Source: an uncultured bacterium
Lineage (GTDB): Bacteria > Acidobacteriota > HRBIN11 > JAKEFK01
Reading direction: 5' to 3'
DNA: 64,000 nucleotides
Assembly: GCA_963777505.1 (NCBI GenBank)
Contig: CAVZQN010000004.1
Span: forward strand, 384,001 to 448,000
In this document: in pieces, positions 20,685 through 30,754 of the stretch
Position numbering within the stretch: the stretch's first letter is position 1
How the letters are laid out: every line of letters starts with the position of its first letter
Position numbers and translations under genes: made by a program
The notes under the pieces: generated by a model
Told to the model about the DNA's origin: nothing
Database searches by the model: none
Seen by the model: the letters and a program-made list of their open reading frames with translations, nothing else

Positions 20685-22766
20685 TTATTGAAAGTCCCGG
20701 GCAAAGGATTCATTCCATGTGCGTTCACGAATCTTTTTGCCATTTTCAAAAATACGGCGAGTGACTTTCACGCGAAAATTCTTTTCATCTGATTTCACTT
20801 CCAGTGATGTACGCAATTCAAGCCGCCTTCCATTTTTGAACTGAATATCATTTCCACCTTCACCTTCAAAACGTGAATCAGCTGGATTCATTTTATTCGT
20901 TTGATATGAAAATGTTTGGAAGTATTTGAGTGTGCCTTGCGGAAGCGAACTCGAATACTCTCCGGTCCAGGTAATTCTTTTGATCCCTGTATGCAAATCT
21001 TCTTTTACAACTAAAGATTCCGGCCATTTATATGTCAAATCCTTTGCATCGGGACGTTGTTCTTGCGGTTCGGGCTTCGCAAAATTCGGAACCTTTGTTT
21101 TTGCTTCCGGTATGATAGGCAAAATGACTGCTGAGTTTGATCCTGGATAAAGACGTGTGGTCATCATGGAAGGAGTAGGCCAGAGCATCGGCCAAAGTGC
21201 ATTCGAAATCGCGAGACGGATCCTATGGCCCGGATGAAATGTCCAGGTTGTGAAATGCATTTCAAATTCAATGTCATACACTTTTCCGGGTTCAAGCGGC
21301 TCAGGATTCAAACGCGAGTTCCGTTGCGATCCATTCAAGGCTCCGCCAGCCACCATTGAAACAGTTCCGTCCGGATGCACATCTTCCAGTTTTGCCATCC
21401 AATGCGCGAGTGGTGCATCTGCTGAAACGCGAAGTTGTACTTTTGGTAATCCGATGATTTCTATTTTTTTATCAAGCCGTTCAGTATCAAATGTAAGACT
21501 GCAAGCATCAGAACCGCGCATATCAGCAGTCAATTCACCCCACCATAATCCTGCTTCCATCCCGCATGCCGGATCATATTTCAGTTGTTCAAATTCAGTG
21601 GAGTTCGATGATTGTTCATCAAGCTTTTTTGATAGTGAAGGATAAAAGGAAGTCCACTGAGTGCGTGTGATCGGCCAATCTTCATAACGCCAGTGACCGG
21701 GTGTCATTTCTAAAGTTTTATCGGGCGGATGCGCGTCGCGGACAAATACTGCGAGTCGTGGTTCATTCAAGATTCCTGTATCTTTGCCTTTTAACCAATG
21801 ATCCCACCATCGAATTGCATTTTGCCGCCATTCATAATTTGGTCCTGGCGTTCCATGATCAGGCCAGCTGTGGTTCCACGGTCCCATTTCTGCTTTTACA
21901 GGAACTTTTAAATATTCCAGCATGCGTGGAACGAAGTCACGATAACCATCCAGAAGTCCACCGATTAAATAAACAGGGATTTTGATTCTGTCTTGATTGA
22001 ATCGCAGCGAATTTTTTCGCCAGAATTCTCCATCACGTTGTTGTTTGAAGTACGTGAAATGCCAAGGTGTGCTGTTGAATCGATTCTCAAAATATTCTTC
22101 GTCTACCTTGTAATCGGGCGGTTGAGGAAGATACACATCGTTTTCCATGTAAACCATGTATTCTTCTCCATGAAAAATTCCATCGATATAGTGAATATCA
22201 TCATGATAAAGATCATCGGTGGCATGGGCCGCGATGATTGTTTTCAAAGCAGGAGGCTGCCGCATTGCAATTTGTATTGAATTAAACCCTCCCCAAGACA
22301 GACCCCACATTCCAACGTTGCCATTACTGAAAGGCTTGCGTGAGAGTTGATCGATAATTTCGACACCATCATTTAGTTCTTCTTCCGAATATTCCCGCCA
22401 TGGCCATTTTCCGTTAGAAGCGCCTGTTCCACGAATATCTACTTTTGCAACGACATAGCCTCTTCTTGCGAAATAAGCGATCACAGGATAATCGCGTGCA
22501 TAAATCAAATCATCTTTACGATAAGGCAAATATTCCAGCACAACTGGAAATTTTTCGTTTGGATTGATTGGTTTAGGAATGTAATACGTTACTGAAAGCC
22601 GGATTCCATCCTTCATAGTCAACCAATCTTCTTGAACTCCAAATTCGTAAATAGGTTGAGAAGTACCAGCAAACAGTGTTGATGAAAAAAGAAATACGAG
22701 CAGGAATATTAGCACGCGACCTAGTGTTCCAGACTTTTTGCAAAGTTGCAATCCGCCAGGATGCAC
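20685..22766 (-). CDS. CocE/NonD family hydrolase (peptidase S15-like), probably secreted
   Basis: MKDGIRLS, PYRK, DIRGTGAS, GLSWGG and GPWNH motifs; C-terminal PepX-like domain. Confidence 0.9.
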   Translation of the reverse strand: MHPGGLQLCKKSGTLGRVLIFLLVFLFSSTLFAGTSQPIYEFGVQEDWLTMKDGIRLSVTYYIPKPINPNEKFPVVLEYLPYRKDDLIYARDYPVIAYFARRGYVVAKVDIRGTGASNGKWPWREYSEEELNDGVEIIDQLSRKPFSNGNVGMWGLSWGGFNSIQIAMRQPPALKTIIAAHATDDLYHDDIHYIDGIFHGEEYMVYMENDVYLPQPPDYKVDEEYFENRFNSTPWHFTYFKQQRDGEFWRKNSLRFNQDRIKIPVYLIGGLLDGYRDFVPRMLEYLKVPVKAEMGPWNHSWPDHGTPGPNYEWRQNAIRWWDHWLKGKDTGILNEPRLAVFVRDAHPPDKTLEMTPGHWRYEDWPITRTQWTSFYPSLSKKLDEQSSNSTEFEQLKYDPACGMEAGLWWGELTADMRGSDACSLTFDTERLDKKIEIIGLPKVQLRVSADAPLAHWMAKLEDVHPDGTVSMVAGGALNGSQRNSRLNPEPLEPGKVYDIEFEMHFTTWTFHPGHRIRLAISNALWPMLWPTPSMMTTRLYPGSNSAVILPIIPEAKTKVPNFAKPEPQEQRPDAKDLTYKWPESLVVKEDLHTGIKRITWTGEYSSSLPQGTLKYFQTFSYQTNKMNPADSRFEGEGGNDIQFKNGRRLELRTSLEVKSDEKNFRVKVTRRIFENGKKIRERTWNESFARDFQ

Positions 22767-22909
22767 ATACCGGATCAGTCCATCTTACTAACGGCATAAA
22801 CGCCGAGGGTTTCCGGAGTTAGATTGCCACGTTATATGAACACTGAATGAACAAACAGTGACCTTTTTTATTGCCGGTGCTATATTTAGAAAATAGGAGT
22901 GTAAGCCAT

Positions 22910-23563
22910 ATGAACCGCATTGGTAATGAAGATGAATGGTTTGCAAAGAACGAGCGCACCTTAATCGAAGATCTCAAGAGGGAGCGTCAACGTCGCGAGC
23001 AAAGAGTTGCTGACGCCTTAAATCAAGAAGAAGGACAGCGTCGAAAAGAGTTGCACTGGATGAAATGTCCTAAGTGTGGTTCAAGTATGGCGGAAGAGTC
23101 TCTGCAAGAGAATGCTAAGATCGATCGCTGTTCGCGATGTGGTGGACTTTTCTTTGATCGGGGTGAACTGGAAGACTTTTTACTGTATTCACCCGAAAAG
23201 CGAAAAGGATTTCGGATTGGGATCATTCATCTCGTTTTGCCATCCTGGAAATCAAAAGACATGGACAGGGAAAAGATATTAAAAGACTTTGTCGAAGATA
23301 GAGATCGCCGCAAAAAACAAGTGGCTGAGTGGGTCTCATCGGAAGAAGGCAAAAAGCAAAAAGAATTACATTGGATGAAGTGTCCTAAAGACGGATCGGA
23401 TTTAGAAGAAACGAATGTCATGCATGGCTTGCTTGTGGATGATTGCACTCTTTGCCGCGGTGTCTTTTTGGATTATGGAGAGCTGGAGTCGATCAGTAAT
23501 CTGACAGAAGATGATCGTAAAGACATTCGAGAGCGCATCCTGAGTCTTTCAATCTCAAAATGA
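22910..23563 (+). CDS. Protein with two zf-TFIIB-like zinc ribbons
   Basis: RBS aggag; KELHWMKCPKCG..DRCSRCGG and KELHWMKCPKDG..DDCTLCRG. Confidence 0.8.
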   Translation: MNRIGNEDEWFAKNERTLIEDLKRERQRREQRVADALNQEEGQRRKELHWMKCPKCGSSMAEESLQENAKIDRCSRCGGLFFDRGELEDFLLYSPEKRKGFRIGIIHLVLPSWKSKDMDREKILKDFVEDRDRRKKQVAEWVSSEEGKKQKELHWMKCPKDGSDLEETNVMHGLLVDDCTLCRGVFLDYGELESISNLTEDDRKDIRERILSLSISK

Positions 23564-23566
23564 GTG
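23533..23566 (+). repeat. 34-bp direct repeat copy 1 (3' end of zinc-ribbon gene)
   Basis: gcgcatcctgagtctttcaatctcaaaatgagtg, identical at 26853-26886. Confidence 0.92.
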
Positions 23567-23623
23567 GCAGTTGATCGTACTACAACAATAGTATTATAGT
23601 AAGTATAAACATAAGTCACTTTT

Positions 23624-24610
23624 TCAGTGGTTGGCTTGATTGGCCAAGGCATCACGGCATCTGTCAAACGCCTCGTTTAGTGCAGCTCCATCCACTGCAT
23701 CGTGAGCTCCGATGGCGATGATCCGCGTCCCTGGTTGTCGGCCATTCCATTCATCTCCAACTTCGATATCAACTCGCTTACCAACAACCTGAAGGATTAC
23801 GCGGCGGCCTGGTACTTCAGCCGCGTGAATCACACCTTTGCATCGGTAGATACTGGCCGGAAGCTTGCGCGCTGTTTGCCGAAGAAGTTCCAATGAAAGA
23901 AGCTCGTCCGTTTCGTAGCTCCACGTACTGAAGACCTGATGGTCATGTAGAGGTGTGCTGTCGAGACGTGATGGATCAAACCGGCCGACAGACAACAAAA
24001 TTTCCAGAGGCACATTTCCGCCGGATGCTTGAACGAGCCGATAACGATGGAATCTATCATCGAGCCATGCCTTGATTCGATCGATCTCATCCGGCGTAAC
24101 GAGATCGACCTTGTTCAGGATGAGCATATCTGCGAACGCCACCTGGCGAAGCTTCAGTTCCATCATCTCTGGTGCTGCGAATATCTGCTCCGCATCCACG
24201 ACGCACATGATGCTGTCTAATCTGATGCGGTCGCGCATGCCTTCGTCCAGAAACGCAAGCGCAATGCCGGACGGGTCGGCCACGCCACTGGCCTCAAGCA
24301 GGATGTATTCGGGCTGCTCGGGGCGTGCTATTACCTGGGTTACCGCAGCGACCAAATCGTCGCGGATATTGCAGCAGACACAGCCGTTGGCCAGATTGAT
24401 GACATCCCCCTCGCTTTCGACTCCGACAACAAGCTCGGCATCGATGTTGATCGAACCGAAGTCGTTTACCAACACCGCGACCCGAAGGCCGTGATCGCCG
24501 GCAAGAATGCGATTCAACAGCGTTGTCTTGCCAGCGCCAAGAAAGCCGGTAAGCACCGTCAAGGGGATCGGCGCCGGTTTGTCCTTAGGGGAATAGTTAA
24601 AGACTTGCAT
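23624..24610 (-). CDS. CobW/COG0523 family metal-chaperone GTPase
   Basis: GFLGAGKTT, VNDFG, GCVCC, EASG and NKVD motifs; CobW_C segment YRCKG. Confidence 0.92.
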   Translation of the reverse strand: MQVFNYSPKDKPAPIPLTVLTGFLGAGKTTLLNRILAGDHGLRVAVLVNDFGSINIDAELVVGVESEGDVINLANGCVCCNIRDDLVAAVTQVIARPEQPEYILLEASGVADPSGIALAFLDEGMRDRIRLDSIMCVVDAEQIFAAPEMMELKLRQVAFADMLILNKVDLVTPDEIDRIKAWLDDRFHRYRLVQASGGNVPLEILLSVGRFDPSRLDSTPLHDHQVFSTWSYETDELLSLELLRQTARKLPASIYRCKGVIHAAEVPGRRVILQVVGKRVDIEVGDEWNGRQPGTRIIAIGAHDAVDGAALNEAFDRCRDALANQANH

Positions 24611-25067
24611 TCGAACTTCCTTTCGCGGCGTCGTCTGGCTGCCCTGCGATCATGCTATCGCCAACTTGGGCGAGTTGATACTTATAGGTGCAGATGGCGA
24701 AGAGGGTCGCCACGAGAAGAACGATTTTCCAAAGGACAAAGTCGAGTTCAGCACCGCGATCGAACAGGATGACCACAGCGAGGGCACTGACAAAAAACAG
24801 ACTTAGCTCACCTATAAACACTAGCAGGTGTCCCAGGACAACGTTGCGCTGAAACTGCAATTTGGGCCGCAGTCGAAACGCAAACCAATGAGCAACTTGC
24901 ATGAGAATGACCACGATGGTGGTCAGAACGAAGTCCTTTGAGCTGGCGCCTTCCGTACTCGGGGAGAGCAGCCGCCGGTATATGGGAAGTCCATTCCACA
25001 TAATGGCCTGCGATCCCGCCGCCTCTGTGAGAATCAAACACCAAAAGAGGATTTTGTTGCGCGTCAC
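24597..25067 (-). CDS. Hypothetical membrane protein (about 4 TM)
   Basis: Four hydrophobic segments; closely linked between the MBL and CobW genes. Confidence 0.6.
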   Translation of the reverse strand: MTRNKILFWCLILTEAAGSQAIMWNGLPIYRRLLSPSTEGASSKDFVLTTIVVILMQVAHWFAFRLRPKLQFQRNVVLGHLLVFIGELSLFFVSALAVVILFDRGAELDFVLWKIVLLVATLFAICTYKYQLAQVGDSMIAGQPDDAAKGSSNASL

Positions 25068-25072
25068 CGGCT

Positions 25073-26613
25073 TTATTGTTCCTCAAGTTTGTCGATGATT
25101 TGCTGGATTTTCTCCTGCTCGGCTGTGAGTTTTGCCTTTGTCTCGCGGAGCTTTTTCTGGATGACTTGGCGGACATCAATCTTGAAGCCGCTCGGGAAAT
25201 TGCGCTGCGGTTCGCGATACATGTCGGACGGATAGTACTTCTTTGGGTCAATCTCCCGTTCGCGGACGGCTGGCTCCTGCATGTCGGCGACCGTATGCCG
25301 AGGATTCGGGAATCTGACCTCCAGATTCGAAGGACTCAGATCGAACAGGCCGACGGCATCTCTCGGACTCGGGCGAGCCATGTTGCCGGCTTCAGGGATC
25401 GCAGCCTTGCGAGTCCAAACAGCATCTTTGGTGACGTTGACGACCACTATGTCGGGCGCACCGAATTGGAAGAATCCGCTGTAATGGATGCGAATCCCGG
25501 CTAGGATTTCCGGGATCAATTCCTCGTCGTAACTCAGGTGTGTGACCATCGCGAGTCGCGGCTGAATCTTATTGAACATGTACCCGATCGCGTAATGTGG
25601 GCTGTGCGCCTGATCGATCGTCGTGTTAACAATGATGGGCGGCATGCCGAACTTCAACGCCTGGAGATTGGCTGTGTCAGGCTGGACTTCAGTGACGAAC
25701 ACGTCTACGCCCTTGGCGAGTTCCATCGAGAGCTCGTCCGGCCGCCCGTCACCGGTCCAAACGAATGATAGTCCGTTCCAATCGAGCCGATAGGCCGAGG
25801 CGCCGTCCTTGGTGTGCGATCGCCGCCAGTGGCGGATGACTACGCCATCCTTGTCGTAGCAAACCCCATTGTCGTCGCGGAAATCGAATTCGTTCACCTC
25901 GACTTCGTATCCGTCGCCAATCGGGCTGGCGTTGAAAGAGTCTGTGTGCCAATGAGTCATCATTTTCATGCCCTCGATCATCGTCTTGATGCCATCCTTT
26001 GGTGTCCGGCCCGATGGTCCATGGACGCGCAACGGCTTCCAGCGCCCCATCCACGGAGCGAAGGCGAAAAGGTAGGGAAGGTCCGCGTAGTGATCGACAT
26101 GGAGATGGGTGAAGAAAATATCGTTAACCGTCTGCAACGGCACAGCCATCGCGATGATGTTCCGCATGCAGCCTGAGCCGAAATCAAAGAAAAATCGCTT
26201 GCCGTTACCCAGTTCGACCATGATGCAGGTGCCTGCCTGCGCGCGTGTGACCGGGATCGGCGTACTGCCAATGAAGGAGATCCGCATTTCATCGGGGCCG
26301 ATCCGCTCTTGACCCGGGTAATAGATGTTGTTGCTGACGAGATAGGGAGTGGGCCGATAATACGCCGGTAAAGTGATTCCGCCGCCCGGCACGCCACCGT
26401 AAGGGTTCTGTGCTTTTATTTCGCCTGGTGTCGTTTCAGCCGCCTGCGACGCCGACGCAGCACCTACCCGTTATTATTGCGGCGGCTCCAGCGAGCACCC
26501 ACTTTCTTGAGCGCATCGCGTCGACTCATCGTCGGTCGCTGACCAGCATCAGCTTGATTACTCACAGTCTGTTCTTTGCTTGCCTCATCTTTCGGAAATC
26601 GATCGTTACTCAT
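25073..26613 (-). CDS. Tat-exported MBL-fold metallohydrolase (RNase Z/arylsulfatase AtsA-like), frameshift(s) at about 26460-26510
   Basis: THLHVDH motif, FFFDFGSG, WTGDG; upstream RBS gaaggagg and ATG 26613 encode ...SRRDALK followed, after frameshift, by VLAGAAAIITG..ASQA. Confidence 0.8.
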
Positions 26614-26852
26614 TCGTGCCCTCCTTCTTCTTTATCTGGTGCTGTTTTGTTAGCTCCCGGTCATCCGATATCCCGAGTTCGCAATGTTGACTTGAATCTG
26701 TTTTGCGGGCGCAGTCAATATTGCCTGCGACGTGTAAATCGTACCATCTGGAAACGTTGAAAAAATAATGTTCAGACTCACTGAATCTTTCGGGCTATCA
26801 ATAACAGTAAAAATGACTGACGATCGGATCGCCGTTTACATCAAATTGTCCG

Positions 26853-26886
26853 GCGCATCCTGAGTCTTTCAATCTCAAAATGAGTG
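26853..26886 (+). repeat. 34-bp direct repeat copy 2
   Basis: Identical to 23533-23566. Confidence 0.92.
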
Positions 26887-26893
26887 AATACCC

Positions 26894-27997
26894 CTAGAAA
26901 CTCCAACCGAAAGATGTGTTGACGCTAAGGTTATTGTTGATTCCTCCGGGCGGTGGTCTGTTATCGTAGTTATTTGTGAAACCAATTTTCCAATAGAAGT
27001 CCATAACCATGTCCCATTTCCAATCGAAATCGGCATCGATTCGGAGTCGCCCTGGATCAGACAGACTGGGAAATACAAGAACATTTGTATTGAGCGATGA
27101 GCCACGAAAACGGTACGTTGAGAAAACTAAACCTCCTAAAGCCTCGGCATTATTTCTGTCTTGTTCATCAATAGAATAATTCTCATTCGTGTAAACCAGG
27201 CCACCAAGAACCCCCCAGATGGTGCGGTTCGTTTCGATAAGACTTCTCACGACACCTCCTCCAACTGTCGATCTCAAATCGAGATCCAGTTGCTTGTCAC
27301 TGAGTAGAGCACCTAAAACAAACGCTTCCCACCTTTTGTTTAAGACTCGCTCCGCCGTGATTTGCAATTCTTGCCGTGATGTTCTCTCTGCACCCGGTTC
27401 CCTGCTGAACTGAGAGGAAAAATTCAGATTCCCGGAATACTTCGGTTTCTGAAATGAACCGGAGAAATTGATATTACTTTGAGTCCTGCTATTCGCGGAT
27501 GTATATCCAGCACCTGCATCTATCGATATGTTCATACGAGAAAGAAAAGAACGCCCAATCACTCGAATGGAAATCACATTGGTGATTGGCAAATCGATTT
27601 GTCCACCACTGTTCAGAACAATACGAAGTGTAGAATCCGGAATCTCATAATTCAGATCGGCCGGAATAACGCCAACGTAAAAGTCATTGTCCTTAGTCTG
27701 AAATTCGTATTGCGCAATACTCTGAACGCGAATGACCTTCTCCCAATCGAGTTTCATAGTGTCAGCTACACGATCGGACTTGAAATGAAGAATCCCAAAT
27801 ACCATTTTCTTAATTTCCCCTGTATTCCGGTCGCCATTTTTCATAATAACAACATCATTGTTGTGCTCCAGCTTGATGGTTTCATCTTTCTTTTCAGTCT
27901 GTGCGATTAACAAGGAGGGTATAAACAAAAAATAAAGTGTGAATATTGACGAAATGACGCGGGAAATTGCCATGAATTTCATCTGCTCGGAATGCAT
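26894..27997 (-). CDS. DUF481-like outer-membrane beta-barrel
   Basis: Signal peptide, DVVIMKNGDR.TGEIK N-domain, C-terminal SFGWSF. Confidence 0.75.
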   Translation of the reverse strand: MHSEQMKFMAISRVISSIFTLYFLFIPSLLIAQTEKKDETIKLEHNNDVVIMKNGDRNTGEIKKMVFGILHFKSDRVADTMKLDWEKVIRVQSIAQYEFQTKDNDFYVGVIPADLNYEIPDSTLRIVLNSGGQIDLPITNVISIRVIGRSFLSRMNISIDAGAGYTSANSRTQSNINFSGSFQKPKYSGNLNFSSQFSREPGAERTSRQELQITAERVLNKRWEAFVLGALLSDKQLDLDLRSTVGGGVVRSLIETNRTIWGVLGGLVYTNENYSIDEQDRNNAEALGGLVFSTYRFRGSSLNTNVLVFPSLSDPGRLRIDADFDWKWDMVMDFYWKIGFTNNYDNRPPPGGINNNLSVNTSFGWSF

Positions 27998-28001
27998 TCT
28001 T

Positions 28002-28268
28002 CTACCGGCGGAAGTACAAAATGTACCCGTCTGCTTGATACAGTTCCCAACCTTGAGCTGCTTGATCGTTCACAATTTTTTCAATTGTTTTCATTCGACC
28101 CTGTTCGGCATCGGACTGAGTCCGCAGTTCTGTCATTCCTGTCAGGGAAATTACTTGATATTGGTAACGTTTGGCGCTTTCTACCGGACGGTTCAAGAAC
28201 CCACCAAGGAGGAAAGCACTGAACACGAGAATCAAAAGTATGGAATTCTTCTGAATTATGCTTTTCAT
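28002..28268 (-). CDS. Small secreted protein (DUF4177-like)
   Basis: YQYQVI...NDQAAQGWEL...LYFRR pattern. Confidence 0.6.
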   Translation of the reverse strand: MKSIIQKNSILLILVFSAFLLGGFLNRPVESAKRYQYQVISLTGMTELRTQSDAEQGRMKTIEKIVNDQAAQGWELYQADGYILYFRR

Positions 28269-28387
28269 AGTTCGCTTCTCTCTTTTTTGTTACGTATCGG
28301 ATAGACAGCTCACTTTCGGCGCAGTTCTTGAATGTAGACTGCGTAAGAATTACACACACAAATCGAACAGCTCAGGCAGTACCTGAA

Positions 28388-29146
28388 CTACAATACAGTG
28401 ACCTGATAACCGTTGCTTACACGCAAATAATACGTTTCCCCGCAGACCTGGTAGTTTTGACCGTTAACGTTTTTTTCCTGGCAACCTGAAGGAAGCGTCG
28501 TGATAATCGCTCCGGCAGGTGGTGGAACGACTTGATATACAACCTGGCCTTCGTTATAAGCCTGCGTATAAAAGGCGTTATCATGATAATAGTATGATGA
28601 TCCACTCACTACAACTGTAGTAGATTGTGTTGGTGGTTTGGCCAGCATCGTTCCAATTGCAATGCCACCGATAACACCTGCTGCAACCTTCCAGCCTTCG
28701 TAGTCATTGTAGTATTCACCACGGTATGCACCGCCATATCTGCCGTCTACCTCACCAGATGCATAGACTCCTCCTCTGCGCCCTGCAGCCGCTACTCCTT
28801 CTTCACCAACAGCAACTGCTCCACGGCGTGTAACAGCAGCGGCTCCGTCTTCACCGGCAACAGCAACGCCACGGGGTCCTCTCGCTACGTCGACATCTTC
28901 GCCTGAATAGTTACGATTTACATTTGTATCGCGGTTCACATTCACATTTGTATTTCGGTTTACATTTGTATTCCGATTTACATTCGTGTTCCTATTTGAC
29001 CGTCGAACAGAGGAACCTGATGTGGATCGTGTCGATGAAGTTCGGGCAGATTTCTGACCTCCGCCACCTGATCTCCTTTGTGCCTCAGCAAAGGAAACTT
29101 CCATGAAAACAAAACCAATGATTAGAATTGAAAGTAGCTTATTCAT
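28388..29146 (-). CDS. Secreted DUF6515-like protein with low-complexity NRNTNV repeats
   Basis: Signal peptide; AIGTML, YQVVPPPAGAIITTLPSGC..YQVCGETYY. Confidence 0.65.
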   Translation of the reverse strand: MNKLLSILIIGFVFMEVSFAEAQRRSGGGGQKSARTSSTRSTSGSSVRRSNRNTNVNRNTNVNRNTNVNVNRDTNVNRNYSGEDVDVARGPRGVAVAGEDGAAAVTRRGAVAVGEEGVAAAGRRGGVYASGEVDGRYGGAYRGEYYNDYEGWKVAAGVIGGIAIGTMLAKPPTQSTTVVVSGSSYYYHDNAFYTQAYNEGQVVYQVVPPPAGAIITTLPSGCQEKNVNGQNYQVCGETYYLRVSNGYQVTVL

Positions 29147-29961
29147 TGCTGATTCTCCTGTGTTTGTGTATTTGCTCCCGCAGGCTTCTCTTCCATTGGT
29201 ACACGGCCAATGATTTTTATTTTGTTATAGTCTGCCGGCGGTTGATGGGAAAACTTGTTTTCTGCAAGCTGCGGCGCAAAATTCCAATTTAGGTATGTTA
29301 TCGCAATTTTAGGCGATCCGTAATCCAACTTATAAGTGAGTTCTAATTTGCATGGCAAAGCTTGATCGCCAGCCGCAATCCAGATTCTCCAATCCAGGAT
29401 AGGATTCTGCAACGCGAGTTGATGACAAGACTTGCCATCAACTTTGTCGAGTTTCACGTATTTTCCCGTTGTGTCCGGACCAATAAAAGCCTCGTAAGGT
29501 GTGCTATAGAAAATGTCGGCCACCGGTGTCGGAACATTGAGTGTGTCGCTTATGTAATCCAGGGCTTCATCAATGGTTGGCGGCGTCTTCGTGCGCGCGT
29601 AAACCTTTTCTTTGTCAGATTGTAAAGTTATAGTCTTACCATCGTACCAAAGTAACAAATCACGGGACTTATCGGGAGCTTGACTGATGACATGACTCCA
29701 GAATCCATCCGGACGCCTGACGGCAATTTCTCGTGAAACTTTAGCCTGCACCTTTTTCCCTGATTCACGAATCTTGTCATGAACCTCCTTTGTGTTTAAA
29801 GTGAAACTCTTTGCGTTCGCAAGAAAATCGCTCATCTGATGCAACAATTTATCCGCTTTTTCATCTACATTTTGGGTTGGCTTCGTTTGTTGTGCAGTAG
29901 TAACATTTGCGACAAGAGATGCCGCACAAATGAATACTAAAAGAAAAGGAAGTTTTTTCAT
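29143..29961 (-). CDS. DUF2092 family periplasmic protein
   Basis: LLHQMSDFL, RRPD, WYDGKTITL, PPTIDEAL, DWRIWI and LPCKL motifs. Confidence 0.8.
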   Translation of the reverse strand: MKKLPFLLVFICAASLVANVTTAQQTKPTQNVDEKADKLLHQMSDFLANAKSFTLNTKEVHDKIRESGKKVQAKVSREIAVRRPDGFWSHVISQAPDKSRDLLLWYDGKTITLQSDKEKVYARTKTPPTIDEALDYISDTLNVPTPVADIFYSTPYEAFIGPDTTGKYVKLDKVDGKSCHQLALQNPILDWRIWIAAGDQALPCKLELTYKLDYGSPKIAITYLNWNFAPQLAENKFSHQPPADYNKIKIIGRVPMEEKPAGANTQTQENQQ

Positions 29962-29995
29962 TATCTAATCCTCCATTCTATATTCTCATCACCAT

Positions 29996-30721
29996 TCAGG
30001 TTTTTGATTGATTTGCTATCAGCCACCGTTCGTGATGTTTTCGAAGAGAAGCTATCGCTTCATCTGCGCTGTTTAAACACACAGCAATTGAAATATCGTC
30101 AGGATTGGCTAACTGTGGTGCGCTGCTGAGCATGTGTTTACTTGCCCATTCAACGAGATCACTCCACATCTTTCCGATGAAGATCAGAGGGGTATCTTTT
30201 ATGTGGCGTACTTGAAGAAGTTGCCACACCATTGCAGCCTCAAGTAAAGTACCGATTCCTCCGGGAGTTACAACAAAAGCGTCAGAAGCTAAAACAAAAT
30301 GATGAAGGCGTGTAAAAAATGTTTGGTGCTGATAGACTTTCTGAACAAATGGATTGACTTCTTGTTCAAATGGCAGATCAATCCTGATTCCAATGGAAGC
30401 ATTCTGCGCTGCGGAAGTTGCGCCTTCGTTCGCGGCAAGCATCAAACCAGGGCCGCCTCCAGTAACTACATCGCATCCCATTTCAGTTAAGGCTCCTGCC
30501 AATCTTTTTACTTCTTCAAATGCAAACGTATCCGGTCCCATTCTTGCTGATCCAAAAATCGTGACGCGGTATCGTTCTTGTTTCGATGGACGCAGCCGCG
30601 TTAGATTGTTAACAATCTCCCACAGACCAAGAACAGAATTTACGAGGACTTGCTTGACTCCGTCTTCATCAGAAAGGCTCACCATTTGTGAACTGCTTTG
30701 TGCTGAATCATCAGCTTTCAT
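29996..30721 (-). CDS. LOG family protein (nucleoside monophosphate phosphoribohydrolase-like)
   Basis: VTIFGSAR, TGGGPGLM, LPFEQ and PGGIGTL motifs. Confidence 0.88.
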   Translation of the reverse strand: MKADDSAQSSSQMVSLSDEDGVKQVLVNSVLGLWEIVNNLTRLRPSKQERYRVTIFGSARMGPDTFAFEEVKRLAGALTEMGCDVVTGGGPGLMLAANEGATSAAQNASIGIRIDLPFEQEVNPFVQKVYQHQTFFTRLHHFVLASDAFVVTPGGIGTLLEAAMVWQLLQVRHIKDTPLIFIGKMWSDLVEWASKHMLSSAPQLANPDDISIAVCLNSADEAIASLRKHHERWLIANQSKT

Positions 30722-30754
30722 CTGTAAACTCCAATCAGTTTCACAAATTCATTT

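Larger units (their letters stand above)
23567..26886. mobile_element. Putative acquired 3.3-kb cassette bounded by direct repeats, no recombinase gene
   Basis: 34-bp direct repeats at both ends; interior visibly GC-richer than the flanks. Confidence 0.6.

Noticed and set aside
22800-22820. Possible sixth operator half-site (tttccggag)
   Set aside because: No partner at 20-bp spacing and no sigma54 motif nearby
28910-28995. 18-bp tandem repeats
   Set aside because: Encode the NRNTNV low-complexity tract of the DUF6515-like protein
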